Shown piece by piece: positions 51,286 through 60,100 of a stretch of DNA of 64,000 nucleotides. Both the position numbers and the translations under genes were made by a program. A model generated the notes under the pieces. It ran no database searches and was not told where the DNA came from. It saw only the letters and a program-made list of their open reading frames with translations. The DNA is from Candidatus Poribacteria bacterium (GTDB lineage Bacteria > Poribacteria > WGA-4E > WGA-3G): the NCBI GenBank assembly GCA_965197475.1, contig CBDANF010000003.1:3552001-3616000 (forward strand), written 5' to 3'. Positions within the stretch are counted from its first letter, which is position 1, and each line of letters starts with the position of its first letter.

Positions 51286-52092
51286 ATGTTCAGAAAGATT
51301 ACATTTAGAGTTCTTTTGTCAGCAATACTCGTCTTCTGTATCACAGTTATTGCGGCAGCACAAAATTATTATCCGACAAATCTCGGCAATAAATGGGTTA
51401 TGGAGAGCGAGGATGGTGCTGAACGGCTTACTTACACTGTTGAAGCATCTGAAGAATCCATAAACGGTAAAGATTTGGCGTTGCTCAAAATTACAACAGA
51501 AACCTTAGGAACAGATTCAATCATAACTGAGAAGTTTTTTGTCGAATTTGACGAAGAGGGAATTAAACTTCACAAATTTGAAGTGGACCTCGGTTCAGAA
51601 GTACTCGGCGTGGCGGCTGGCGTACTATATCCACCCATCCTCTTTTACCCGTTGTCCTTAGAACTTGGTGACTCATGGGAGTTTACGGCGGATTTAGAGG
51701 TCAACTTAGTGGGACCTATCACATTCACCAGTGTTAACAAAGTTGTAGCGGTAGAAGATGTTGTAACGCCAGCAGGAACATTTGAGAACTGTCTAAAAAT
51801 CAAGTTAAGTACAATAACCACCTCTACGTTAGCAATAACACGATCTACCGCCTACCAATGGCTCGCACCGGATTTCGGTCCTGTTAAATTTGAAAATAGT
51901 CAAGATATTGTCTATGAATTGGTCAGTTCCAACCTACTCTATGATGTAACGGGGGATGGCGTTGTCAATATCAAGGACCTTCTTTTTGTAGCTTCTCGGT
52001 TCGGTCAGGAGGATGTGGACGCGGATGTCAACAACGATGGCACCGTAAATATTCGGGATTTGATACTCGTCGCACAGAATTTCGGAGGTTAA
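51286..52092 (+). CDS. Secreted protein, shared domain (paralog 3) plus C-terminal dockerin
   Basis: DVTGDGVVNIKDLLFVASRFG...ADVNNDGTVNIRDLILVAQNFG duplicated Ca-binding loops. Confidence 0.88.
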   Translation: MFRKITFRVLLSAILVFCITVIAAAQNYYPTNLGNKWVMESEDGAERLTYTVEASEESINGKDLALLKITTETLGTDSIITEKFFVEFDEEGIKLHKFEVDLGSEVLGVAAGVLYPPILFYPLSLELGDSWEFTADLEVNLVGPITFTSVNKVVAVEDVVTPAGTFENCLKIKLSTITTSTLAITRSTAYQWLAPDFGPVKFENSQDIVYELVSSNLLYDVTGDGVVNIKDLLFVASRFGQEDVDADVNNDGTVNIRDLILVAQNFGG

Positions 52093-52199
52093 TTGGGAAA
52101 TATAAAAGAGGTGTCCATAAATACGCATTACGAATGTAAAAAGCGTGTGAATTGCGCGACTACAAACGCGAAAATCCAAAAACATTTGCCTAATATCCC

Positions 52200-53798
52200 T
52201 TACAAAATCCGCTTTTGAATTTCGTTTGCTGCAAGCGTTTCATCGCGCCATGGAATCTTTTCAGTTGAACAAGGTTCTCCAATCTTTTTATAGCTTTGTG
52301 GCTGCCACGAAAATTTGAGAGCGGAATCGCCGCTATTATAGAATACCACTTCAACGGTATCATCTGTTCCAACAATAGGTCGTACCAAGGAAAGAAATGT
52401 TGATGGCATCTGACCTTTCTCTCCCGTTCTTTTTATGTCTATGATCGGGGCAACTTTACCCAAGATTTCACGGGTGCCGAGAAACAGAGGACCATAACAA
52501 GCGGTTACTGCGCCTTGTCCCCAATTGCGTCCGTGCCCTGCAGCAACGGAGCAAACCGCACCCCCCATATCTGCGTGTTCTCTTCCGCCGCGTAACACAC
52601 GGCGTGCGATACTCAGACGTGTTGCAGCATTCTGTAATGCTCTAACAGCATAGGTAACCTCACCTGTTACTTGATAGGCGAGCGTTAATGTCGCAGTTGA
52701 TGGTTCCTGAATCGGTTTAACCGAACCATCGTCCGACCATTCACCCCAATACGCCATATCCGCCCGCTTTCCCACACCGAGTTCCCGGCGGCGAGTCTCC
52801 TGCGGAAAAATAAGTGCCAGCAGTTCAGGTGAAGTAGATGGAAATTCTTGTAAACCTTCAGTAATGGCATCATCAAAACAGGTATCATTAAATGTCCATC
52901 GATAATAACTGAGTGCTGCCGCAGCAGGGTCATTATACGGGTCGCTAAGCGATGTAACAAGCGGTTCAACAATGCGCTTCGCTGCGGATTTGCAACTCTC
53001 TTCTCCTGATAGAAGATAAAGGTCACCTAAGGCATAGATAGCACCAGAGGCAAGTAGGACTTCAATTCCCGCCAAAGGATCGCCCGGAATGTGATGTGAA
53101 CTCGCGACAAGCCGGTGTAAATTTTTTGCGTTGACTTCTGCCTCACCGAGTCCATTTTCATTCAAATCCCAGAGGAGCGGCATCGGTTCCGGCGCAGCGA
53201 TGATACGCTCAGCACGTTTATGTCCGTACCGCAATGCCCAATCCACATATCGCTTTTCGCCGGTAACACGATACGCAGCGAGGGCGATGTGGATAAAACG
53301 GAAGTGCTCTGCAAGTTCATAAGCATTCTTTTCATCGTTTTCAACAAATTGTGTGCCGATATTGTAGCCAATAAAGGTATCCCGCTTATAATCGTACCAA
53401 GGCGATATTTCCGACACCCAATTCCCGATATGTTCAGCAGCATCGGTTAAGACAGAAATAGCTTCAGCATCATCAGACTTTAACCCGATATAACGAGGCA
53501 AAAAGAGCAAAAATGGTTCCGGTCCGTGATGTGCTTCCGCCTTCGGTTCATATCCATGCACACAATCGCGTTCAACCCAACCGAAAAGTGCAGCTTTGAG
53601 CGCGTCAAAGTGTTCAAGGACAGTCGGATCACCTGTGATTAGATAGTGTGGAAACCACGCGAGTGCGTAGTTTGCCTCATCTTCGCCGCCATTGTTCGGA
53701 CCGGGTGGGTCAAGCAGCATGCTTTGTTTGAGCCAACGACTCATTTCCGTTCTGAGCTTACTATAAGCGTTATAGCATTCGTGGATTTCGGATTTCAT
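52200..53798 (-). CDS. Hypothetical protein, possibly an (alpha/alpha)-barrel sugar-acting enzyme
   Basis: 532 aa; AYRVTGEKRY and AYQVTGE helical repeats; overlaps the upstream epimerase gene. Confidence 0.6.
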   Translation of the reverse strand: MKSEIHECYNAYSKLRTEMSRWLKQSMLLDPPGPNNGGEDEANYALAWFPHYLITGDPTVLEHFDALKAALFGWVERDCVHGYEPKAEAHHGPEPFLLFLPRYIGLKSDDAEAISVLTDAAEHIGNWVSEISPWYDYKRDTFIGYNIGTQFVENDEKNAYELAEHFRFIHIALAAYRVTGEKRYVDWALRYGHKRAERIIAAPEPMPLLWDLNENGLGEAEVNAKNLHRLVASSHHIPGDPLAGIEVLLASGAIYALGDLYLLSGEESCKSAAKRIVEPLVTSLSDPYNDPAAAALSYYRWTFNDTCFDDAITEGLQEFPSTSPELLALIFPQETRRRELGVGKRADMAYWGEWSDDGSVKPIQEPSTATLTLAYQVTGEVTYAVRALQNAATRLSIARRVLRGGREHADMGGAVCSVAAGHGRNWGQGAVTACYGPLFLGTREILGKVAPIIDIKRTGEKGQMPSTFLSLVRPIVGTDDTVEVVFYNSGDSALKFSWQPQSYKKIGEPCSTEKIPWRDETLAANEIQKRIL

Positions 53799-54604
53799 AG
53801 TAGGGAGTTCAAAAAATCAATACTCTGTTTTGCGATTGTTTTTGGGTCAGGTTTGAAATCGAAAACCTCTGTTGAGACATAACCACTGTAATCAATTTCT
53901 TTCAACGCTTCAATGATTGGCGGGTAGTCCACATTGCCAGAACCGGGGAGGTACCCGTTGTCGTCGTTGGAGTGGAAGTGTGCAACGTGTTTGGCACAGT
54001 TTCGAATCTGTGTTGGCATGTCTAAGCCCTCTTTTGCAGTGCTACAGACATCCAAAATCATCTGGAAATTAGGGTGGTTCACGGCATTAACCATCTCAAC
54101 CGCTTTATCGGGGTTTGTGATAAAATTAGTTTGATCGCTTGACAACGGCTCCATGCACAATACTACGTCTCTTTCACCAGCGAGTTCTGCCCCTTCTGCG
54201 AAGGTGTCCCGTGTGGAGTCCCATGCCTGTTCAAAGGTGAGTGGATCCATGACATTCCGCTGCTGAGGTGACCCGAAAACCAGTATCTGTCCGTCTAAAT
54301 CTGCACAGAGTTCAATTAGGGCAAGTAAATAGTCACGCGTTTCGTTCCGAATCCCTGCGTCTGGATGGTTGATATAGAGTCCCGGTGGTGAAACGAGAAG
54401 CCAGTGAAGTCCTGCGATTTCTATCTTTGCGGCTTCGGCGGCTTTGCGGATGCGCGTCCTTTCCGTTTCACTGATGTCTAAAACCGAGTCTGCCAATGTA
54501 AATGGGGCGATTTCGACCGCATCATATCCGAGTTCAGCAGCGTAGGTGAATACATCTTCAATTTTCCAATTTTCAAACATTTCGTTGCATATCGCGAGTT
54601 TCAT
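53795..54604 (-). CDS. Sugar phosphate isomerase/epimerase (xylose isomerase-like TIM barrel)
   Basis: GYDAVEIAP, FGSP.QR, EPL, D, HFH.ND, PGSG, EVF. Confidence 0.92.
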   Translation of the reverse strand: MKLAICNEMFENWKIEDVFTYAAELGYDAVEIAPFTLADSVLDISETERTRIRKAAEAAKIEIAGLHWLLVSPPGLYINHPDAGIRNETRDYLLALIELCADLDGQILVFGSPQQRNVMDPLTFEQAWDSTRDTFAEGAELAGERDVVLCMEPLSSDQTNFITNPDKAVEMVNAVNHPNFQMILDVCSTAKEGLDMPTQIRNCAKHVAHFHSNDDNGYLPGSGNVDYPPIIEALKEIDYSGYVSTEVFDFKPDPKTIAKQSIDFLNSLL

Positions 54605-54742
54605 TCTTGTCTCCAGTACGTATTTTTTGTGAATTCTAAACGGTATTTGAGATTTTGTCAAGTTATTTGGACTCCTCTTCAGAGGCGTTCTATCTTAGCG
54701 AAATAATGGGTAGGGAAATTACGAATCGATTTCGACTCTCAA

Positions 54743-55579
54743 CTAATCCATTACTGAACCGCCTGATACGGTGACAGACAGTCCTGTAAGATAAGCGGCT
54801 TCATCTGAGGCGAGAAATGCTGCCATATTTGCTACATCAGCACCCTCGGCAAGTCGCCCTAACGGGACTGATACCTCAGAACGACGGGCAAACTCCGCGC
54901 GTTGTTCGTCAATTGAGAGGTCTGTAGACATCATAGCAGCAGCTAAATGTGCTACGCGTTCGGTATCCACAAGACTTGGACAGATAGCATTGACATTAAC
55001 TTGATACGGTGCGAGTTCATGTGCAAGTGACTGTGTTAAACCAATTACTGCGAATTTGGAGGCACAGTAAGCTGCATAACGCGCAGACCCTCGTTTCCCT
55101 GTAACAGAGGAAATGTTGATGATTTTGCCTCCTGTTCCTTGTGCGATAAGATGACGTGCCACTGCTTTGCAACAGAGGAACACCCCCTTCACGTTGACAC
55201 TTTGCACTCTATCCCAATCCTCTTCAGCAAGGTCAACGACAGGCACGCGGTCCTTTCCCGCTTTTGTCCCAGCATTGTTAACGAGGATGTCAATTTTTCC
55301 GAAATGAGAGACGATTTTGTCTGCCATTTCGCTGACCTGTTTTGCATCCGATACGTCCGCAACAACGCTGATAGCACGTTGGTTCATCGCTTCGATTTCG
55401 CGAACGACATCCGGCAACCCCTGCCACTCCGTACCGTCGGCGGCATAAGGGTGTTCGGTTATGTCGTTGACAGCAACATTTGCACCTTCTTTTGCTAAAC
55501 GCGTAGCGATTGCGCGTCCGATCCCGTTTTTGCCACCCGCACCTGTCACTAAAGCGACTTTTCCGTTCAGACTATACAT
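54743..55579 (-). CDS. SDR family oxidoreductase
   Basis: TGAG..NGIG, NNAG, YCASK, NAICP. Confidence 0.94.
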   Translation of the reverse strand: MYSLNGKVALVTGAGGKNGIGRAIATRLAKEGANVAVNDITEHPYAADGTEWQGLPDVVREIEAMNQRAISVVADVSDAKQVSEMADKIVSHFGKIDILVNNAGTKAGKDRVPVVDLAEEDWDRVQSVNVKGVFLCCKAVARHLIAQGTGGKIINISSVTGKRGSARYAAYCASKFAVIGLTQSLAHELAPYQVNVNAICPSLVDTERVAHLAAAMMSTDLSIDEQRAEFARRSEVSVPLGRLAEGADVANMAAFLASDEAAYLTGLSVTVSGGSVMD

Positions 55580-55737
55580 TGGGTGAGTTTCCCTCGTCAA
55601 AGGTTGTTAATACATTGCTGAAGCATGCAGGTATCAATGGGATAAGCGGAAAGTAATTCCAATTCAGAAGTATCGGATTATATTTGGCAGATTGGTAGGA
55701 GAGACCATGCCCACGAAAAATGGACATGGTAGGAAAA

Positions 55738-56523
55738 TTATTGTTTGATTGCTGCCCACGTTAATGCAAGTTTGCCTGAAGGTTCTACAGCCAAATATTC
55801 TTTGTCAAAAATGAGGTCACCGAAGTTGAGCGGATCCCATGCTTGACCGGGTATCCATCCGATCTGATGTTCACGTACATTGTTCTCACAATCATTCATG
55901 TGGAAACTCAATCCGATAGTTAACCCATCTTTTGCTTTAAAGTCCTTTCCTCTATCCGGGTTACCTGGATTTGGACCGCGCCGTGCTGTCGGGTCAATGG
56001 CAACTTCGTAGATGTAATTATTGAAGTTCCTGGAAAGTGCCCATTGTGTATTGTCTGGTGATGCGGCGGCGGACATGTCTAACCCATTGGCACCGAGGGT
56101 CCATTGGACGAGAGAAGCTTCTACCATCTCGTTGTCGAAATCAAACATAAATTCAACGCTATCGTCTTCCCACCACTTATCATCTTCTGGATGGATTTCT
56201 TGGAGTACATCGTCTGTGATTTCAACAAGAAAGTAAATACGGGTCGGGTCTTTTGAACTCCATGCGACGCGTCCCTTGCCAGTAAAATCATTTGCATTAG
56301 GAAATCCTGCCCCTGCATCTTTTAGTTCATCAAAAGCGACAGCTTCAGCGAGCTCCCATTCACTGATGTCACCGCCTACTCTAAAATTGGAAATCTGTTT
56401 AGCAACGTACTGCTTATTGCGAGCTGCAAAAGTCAAGTTCGTCATACAAAATATTAGAACGAACCCTACTATAACTGCCATAACATTAGTTACGGACTTT
56501 AGAGATTTGGTATATTTTTTCAT
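55738..56523 (-). CDS. Secreted CBM9-like (DOMON-type) sugar-binding protein with VEPSGKLALTWAAIK C-terminus
   Basis: G.ISEW, IYF.VEITDD, W.DDSVE..FD, YEVAI, ND.E. Confidence 0.82.
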   Translation of the reverse strand: MKKYTKSLKSVTNVMAVIVGFVLIFCMTNLTFAARNKQYVAKQISNFRVGGDISEWELAEAVAFDELKDAGAGFPNANDFTGKGRVAWSSKDPTRIYFLVEITDDVLQEIHPEDDKWWEDDSVEFMFDFDNEMVEASLVQWTLGANGLDMSAAASPDNTQWALSRNFNNYIYEVAIDPTARRGPNPGNPDRGKDFKAKDGLTIGLSFHMNDCENNVREHQIGWIPGQAWDPLNFGDLIFDKEYLAVEPSGKLALTWAAIKQ

Positions 56524-56580
56524 TTTAATTAACCTTTTGAATAATCTGTTGCAAGTTACATCGCACATCACCAGCATTTT

Positions 56581-56769
56581 CTATCTTTTAAAAATCTGCC
56601 TGATAATTAGAAATGCGCCACCAACGAGAATAATGAACACAGCCACACTAAGAACAAAGGCGAGAAGAGAGACAAAAGCGGCAAAAATCCACTTAAGCAC
56701 TTGTATAAGTATCCAAGCAACCGTAAAAAGGATGAAAATTCCTAAGATGATGAGTAGTATTTTTCTCAT
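56581..56769 (-). CDS. Small two-TM membrane protein
   Basis: MRKILLIILGIFILF...; hydrophobic, basic C-terminus. Confidence 0.55.
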   Translation of the reverse strand: MRKILLIILGIFILFTVAWILIQVLKWIFAAFVSLLAFVLSVAVFIILVGGAFLIIRQIFKR

Positions 56770-56840
56770 AGTCAATACTGGAACATTTGTTAACTCTTTT
56801 TCGGTCTTACACAATACAAATTCGTTGCTACCGCTCCAAT

Positions 56841-56864
56841 GTAGGGCGGATATGAAATCCGCCC
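56841..56864 (+). repeat. GTAG-type REP palindrome
   Basis: GTAGGGCGGAT-ATGAA-ATCCGCCC. Confidence 0.65.
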
Positions 56865-56965
56865 GTGCTATACTAAGATTACATGCCACTGTGTATCTTT
56901 CAGTTTATTCTGGAGCTTCGTGATTTTCCAGCAGAACATTAACTGACGGCAGCTGCAATCCATTC

Positions 56966-57727
56966 CTATTTTTTCAGACTACCCCATGTGACAGCCAGTT
57001 TTGCTTTTGGATCAACGGCGAGGCCGCCCTCTATTCCATCGTTCATAACAGAATTAATATCGTCCTCGCTTAACACAGTTTTGAAGATGACGAATTCATC
57101 AAGAAGGCCTTGCCACTGTCGGCTACCGCCCTAGTCACCGATTCTGCCAGGGTCAAGTACACCAGGGTTCCCACCCCAATCGTGCTCTGCGTCTAGTTTG
57201 CCGTTGATATAAAAGTAAATCTTCTTATCCGTTGCACTGTAAGCGGTTGCGATATGTACCCATTTGTTCAATTCACCGCCTACTACAGCGAAGTTGGCGA
57301 ACCTATCGTTGCCACCAGGGTTACTGTGAATAGAAAATTCTACTTTATTGTTAGTATGCAACTGATAGTGAATATCACCAGCTTTCTATCCTGTGACGTT
57401 GAAGAAGACTCGCCAACCGCTTTCTCTGCCTGTACATTTGACCCAGTGTGCGAATGTGATTTCTTCAAACGAACCCATCCTCTTATTGATGTTAACCCAT
57501 TCGTTTGTACCGTTTAACTCAATTGCTTTACCTATTTTGCCATCAACAAATTTTCCACCTTGAAGTTCACCATCAAACCCATTTTCAGAAACATCCTTGG
57601 CATCGCCATCAAAAAGCCACGCAGCAACAATCATATCATTTGATATCTCTGCTGAACCGAGCATGTTGAAGCCCAAAATGAACAGTAAACTTAGAATAAA
57701 TGTGGTAATTCTTAACAAAATTAACAT
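56966..57727 (-). pseudogene. Secreted LamG-like jellyroll protein with two in-frame TAG codons and VDPKAKLAVTWGSLKK C-terminus
   Basis: One continuous frame: WLFDG..KD, GKIGKA, WVHIA, FYING, LLDEF.IF; TAG at 57386 and 57131. Confidence 0.88.
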
Positions 57728-57876
57728 CCTCTGTATTTCATAATGACCAGAGAACTTTCTGGTTCTTCAAGCCTTCGTTTGATACAATAAGGAATTGTTG
57801 AAACGAATAGAGTTTAGCACGTAAGCAAATTAAATGCAACAAAATTGTGTTAAAATGCATGAGTCTCTGGATTATG

Positions 57877-58758
57877 TTATATAGACCGATGTTTAGCTAC
57901 GCCGCGTGGGTTTTCAAATGCGTCTACCCACAGATGACACCATTCTGCATGGTCTGTCAGAACAATTTCAGGTTTTTTGCGGCTGCGGACGATAAAATCA
58001 GGGTGTGCTGTTCTGCCTGTATGATGTCCTGTCGTCTGAAAACGCAGATCCAACGACCAACGGCACCGGTCAGACTTGTTCGGCTGCGAACGGTGCGGCG
58101 TAAACCGGCTTAGTAAGATGATGTCGGCCAGATAACATTCCAACATCATCGGTTCAACATCTGGCATCAGATCTGGCACAATCATGGTACCACCCTCTTT
58201 CTGATGTGTGAGGTATCCGATATCTTCGGTAATACCAGGCAAGGCTTCAAGGCATCCCATTTCAATTGTGCTATCGCCCAATGATAGCCAATAGGTGACG
58301 ATATTTGAACCTTCTGCCTCTTCCATCATAACACCCGCGTCTTGATGCCACGGAACGCCACCTGCCCAACTCGCATTCCCGTCAACCACTGGCGGTTTCG
58401 CTCGCACATGCTGAATGGGGTTGCAGGTTATTTCGGGACCGACAATGCCTTCAATAACGTCAAGCAGATTGTCGTTTCTCATGAATTCAAAGATAGCTTT
58501 GCCCCGATAGTGCATAATGTCCAGTCCGCCTCCGATTTCCCCAGACTGTGCAAGGAGTTTTCCAAACCGCTTGTCAAATGGTTCATCTTCATATAGGTTT
58601 TCAATCTTTTCTTGCTGATGCAGCGAAATCGCGCGTTCTGAAATCCAATCCTCAATTTCATCTATTACCGGTTGGAGGTCCTCATCTGTTAATGCATTTT
58701 TGACCACCAAGACTCCGTCTGTCCGGTAGGTTTCTTTCTGTTCTTGCGTTAGTCTCAT
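57877..58758 (-). CDS. Phytanoyl-CoA dioxygenase (PhyH) family protein
   Basis: WHQD, MGCL..LPG, HRS.PN.SDR.R.S.DLRF. Confidence 0.92.
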   Translation of the reverse strand: MRLTQEQKETYRTDGVLVVKNALTDEDLQPVIDEIEDWISERAISLHQQEKIENLYEDEPFDKRFGKLLAQSGEIGGGLDIMHYRGKAIFEFMRNDNLLDVIEGIVGPEITCNPIQHVRAKPPVVDGNASWAGGVPWHQDAGVMMEEAEGSNIVTYWLSLGDSTIEMGCLEALPGITEDIGYLTHQKEGGTMIVPDLMPDVEPMMLECYLADIILLSRFTPHRSQPNKSDRCRWSLDLRFQTTGHHTGRTAHPDFIVRSRKKPEIVLTDHAEWCHLWVDAFENPRGVAKHRSI

Positions 58759-59064
58759 AAACGTTCTCCTAATAGATGCATTTAGCGATTATAATAACAT
58801 TAACGCGAGTGATAGACAAGGATAATTAGATTTTAGGCATAGTGAGGCACAAATCAATAATCCTAAGAATCCTATAATCTTGTAAATCTTGGTTCAGGCA
58901 AATGCAAGTATAGGACTTACAAAACCCATCCACGATTTATGAGATAGTCTGTAAATTGCCATAATGTTACCTACAGATACCTGAACATGCTCTGAAAACA
59001 GGTTTGCTTAAGTCTCAATATTGTGGTAACATTATAAAAAAGATCGCTCAGAGGTAAATAAAAA

Positions 59065-60066
59065 ATGCATGAGAGTTATCGTGTTGCAATTGTCGGTGCA
59101 ACAGGGGCAGTTGGCAACACTATGTTGGAGCTTTTAGGAGAACGCTCCTTTCCTGTTAGTAGTCTAAAACTGTTGGCATCTCACAGGTCAGCAGGCGAAA
59201 TCTTAACGTTTAAAGGTGCACATATAGTCATTGAAGAGTTGACGCACGACTCGTTTGAAGAGATAGACCTTGTTTTTTCATCAGCAGGCGCGTCAGTTAG
59301 CCGGGAATTTATTCCTACAGCGGTTGAAAAGGGCGCATTAGTTATTGACAACACAAGTGCTTTCCGCATGAACGATGATACCCCGTTGGTTGTGCCGGAA
59401 GTCAACATGGATGCTGCTTTAAAACACAACGGTCTTATTGCGAATCCAAACTGTTCAACCATCCAGATGATGGTCGCACTCAAACCGATTTACGATGCTG
59501 TTGGTATCAAAAGAATCGTTGTTTCTACGTACCAGAGCGTTTCCGGTAAAAGTGGACGAGCAGTGAATGAGTTGATTCTACAAACAACCGAGGCGTTGGA
59601 AGGTAAACCGATCACCCTTGATAGGTTTCCGCATCAGATGGCTTTTAATGTGGCTTTTGATTGGCCCTTCACTGACACAGGTGATAGCGAAGAGGAGCTG
59701 AAGATGGTAAACGAAACCCATAAAATCCTTTCCGATAATACTATCGGGGTTTCTGCCACAACTGTCCGCGTGCCTGTCTTCTTTGCCCATTCTGAATCGA
59801 TTAACGTTGAGACACACGAAAAACTAACTACTGCTGAAGCGCGCAAGTGCCTCGCTGATGCCCCCGGCGTGCAATTAATTGATGATGCGGATAATTATGA
59901 GTATCCCATGGCTATAGATGCCGCAGGCAAAGATGATGTATATGTCGGACGCATCCGTGAAGATTTATCAATCCCGAACGGCTTAAATTTGTGGGTTGTC
60001 GCTGACAATCTTCGTAAAGGTGCCGCCTTAAATGCAATCCAAATTGCAGAAGAACTCTTGCTGTAG
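59065..60066 (+). CDS. asd: Aspartate-semialdehyde dehydrogenase
   Basis: GATGAVG, PLVVPEVN, ANPNCSTIQ, TYQSVSG, DNLRKGAALNA. Confidence 0.98.
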   Translation: MHESYRVAIVGATGAVGNTMLELLGERSFPVSSLKLLASHRSAGEILTFKGAHIVIEELTHDSFEEIDLVFSSAGASVSREFIPTAVEKGALVIDNTSAFRMNDDTPLVVPEVNMDAALKHNGLIANPNCSTIQMMVALKPIYDAVGIKRIVVSTYQSVSGKSGRAVNELILQTTEALEGKPITLDRFPHQMAFNVAFDWPFTDTGDSEEELKMVNETHKILSDNTIGVSATTVRVPVFFAHSESINVETHEKLTTAEARKCLADAPGVQLIDDADNYEYPMAIDAAGKDDVYVGRIREDLSIPNGLNLWVVADNLRKGAALNAIQIAEELLL

Positions 60067-60100
60067 GTAAAGACTTCTTGTCGGGTGTCCTTATCATAAG

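Noticed and set aside
51934-52185. Similar minus-strand ORFs at 47923-48111 and 51934-52185 (CDEYQI)
   Set aside because: The similarity is just the antisense of the dockerin and its relic.
56966-57727. Genome-wide TAG reassignment or pyrrolysine
   Set aside because: TAG ends many intact genes at their expected C-termini (sppA, asd, mtnK, sulfatase); no pyl genes seen.
58909-58965. TAGGACTTAC-type MITE end
   Set aside because: No convincing matching inverted end or TSD.
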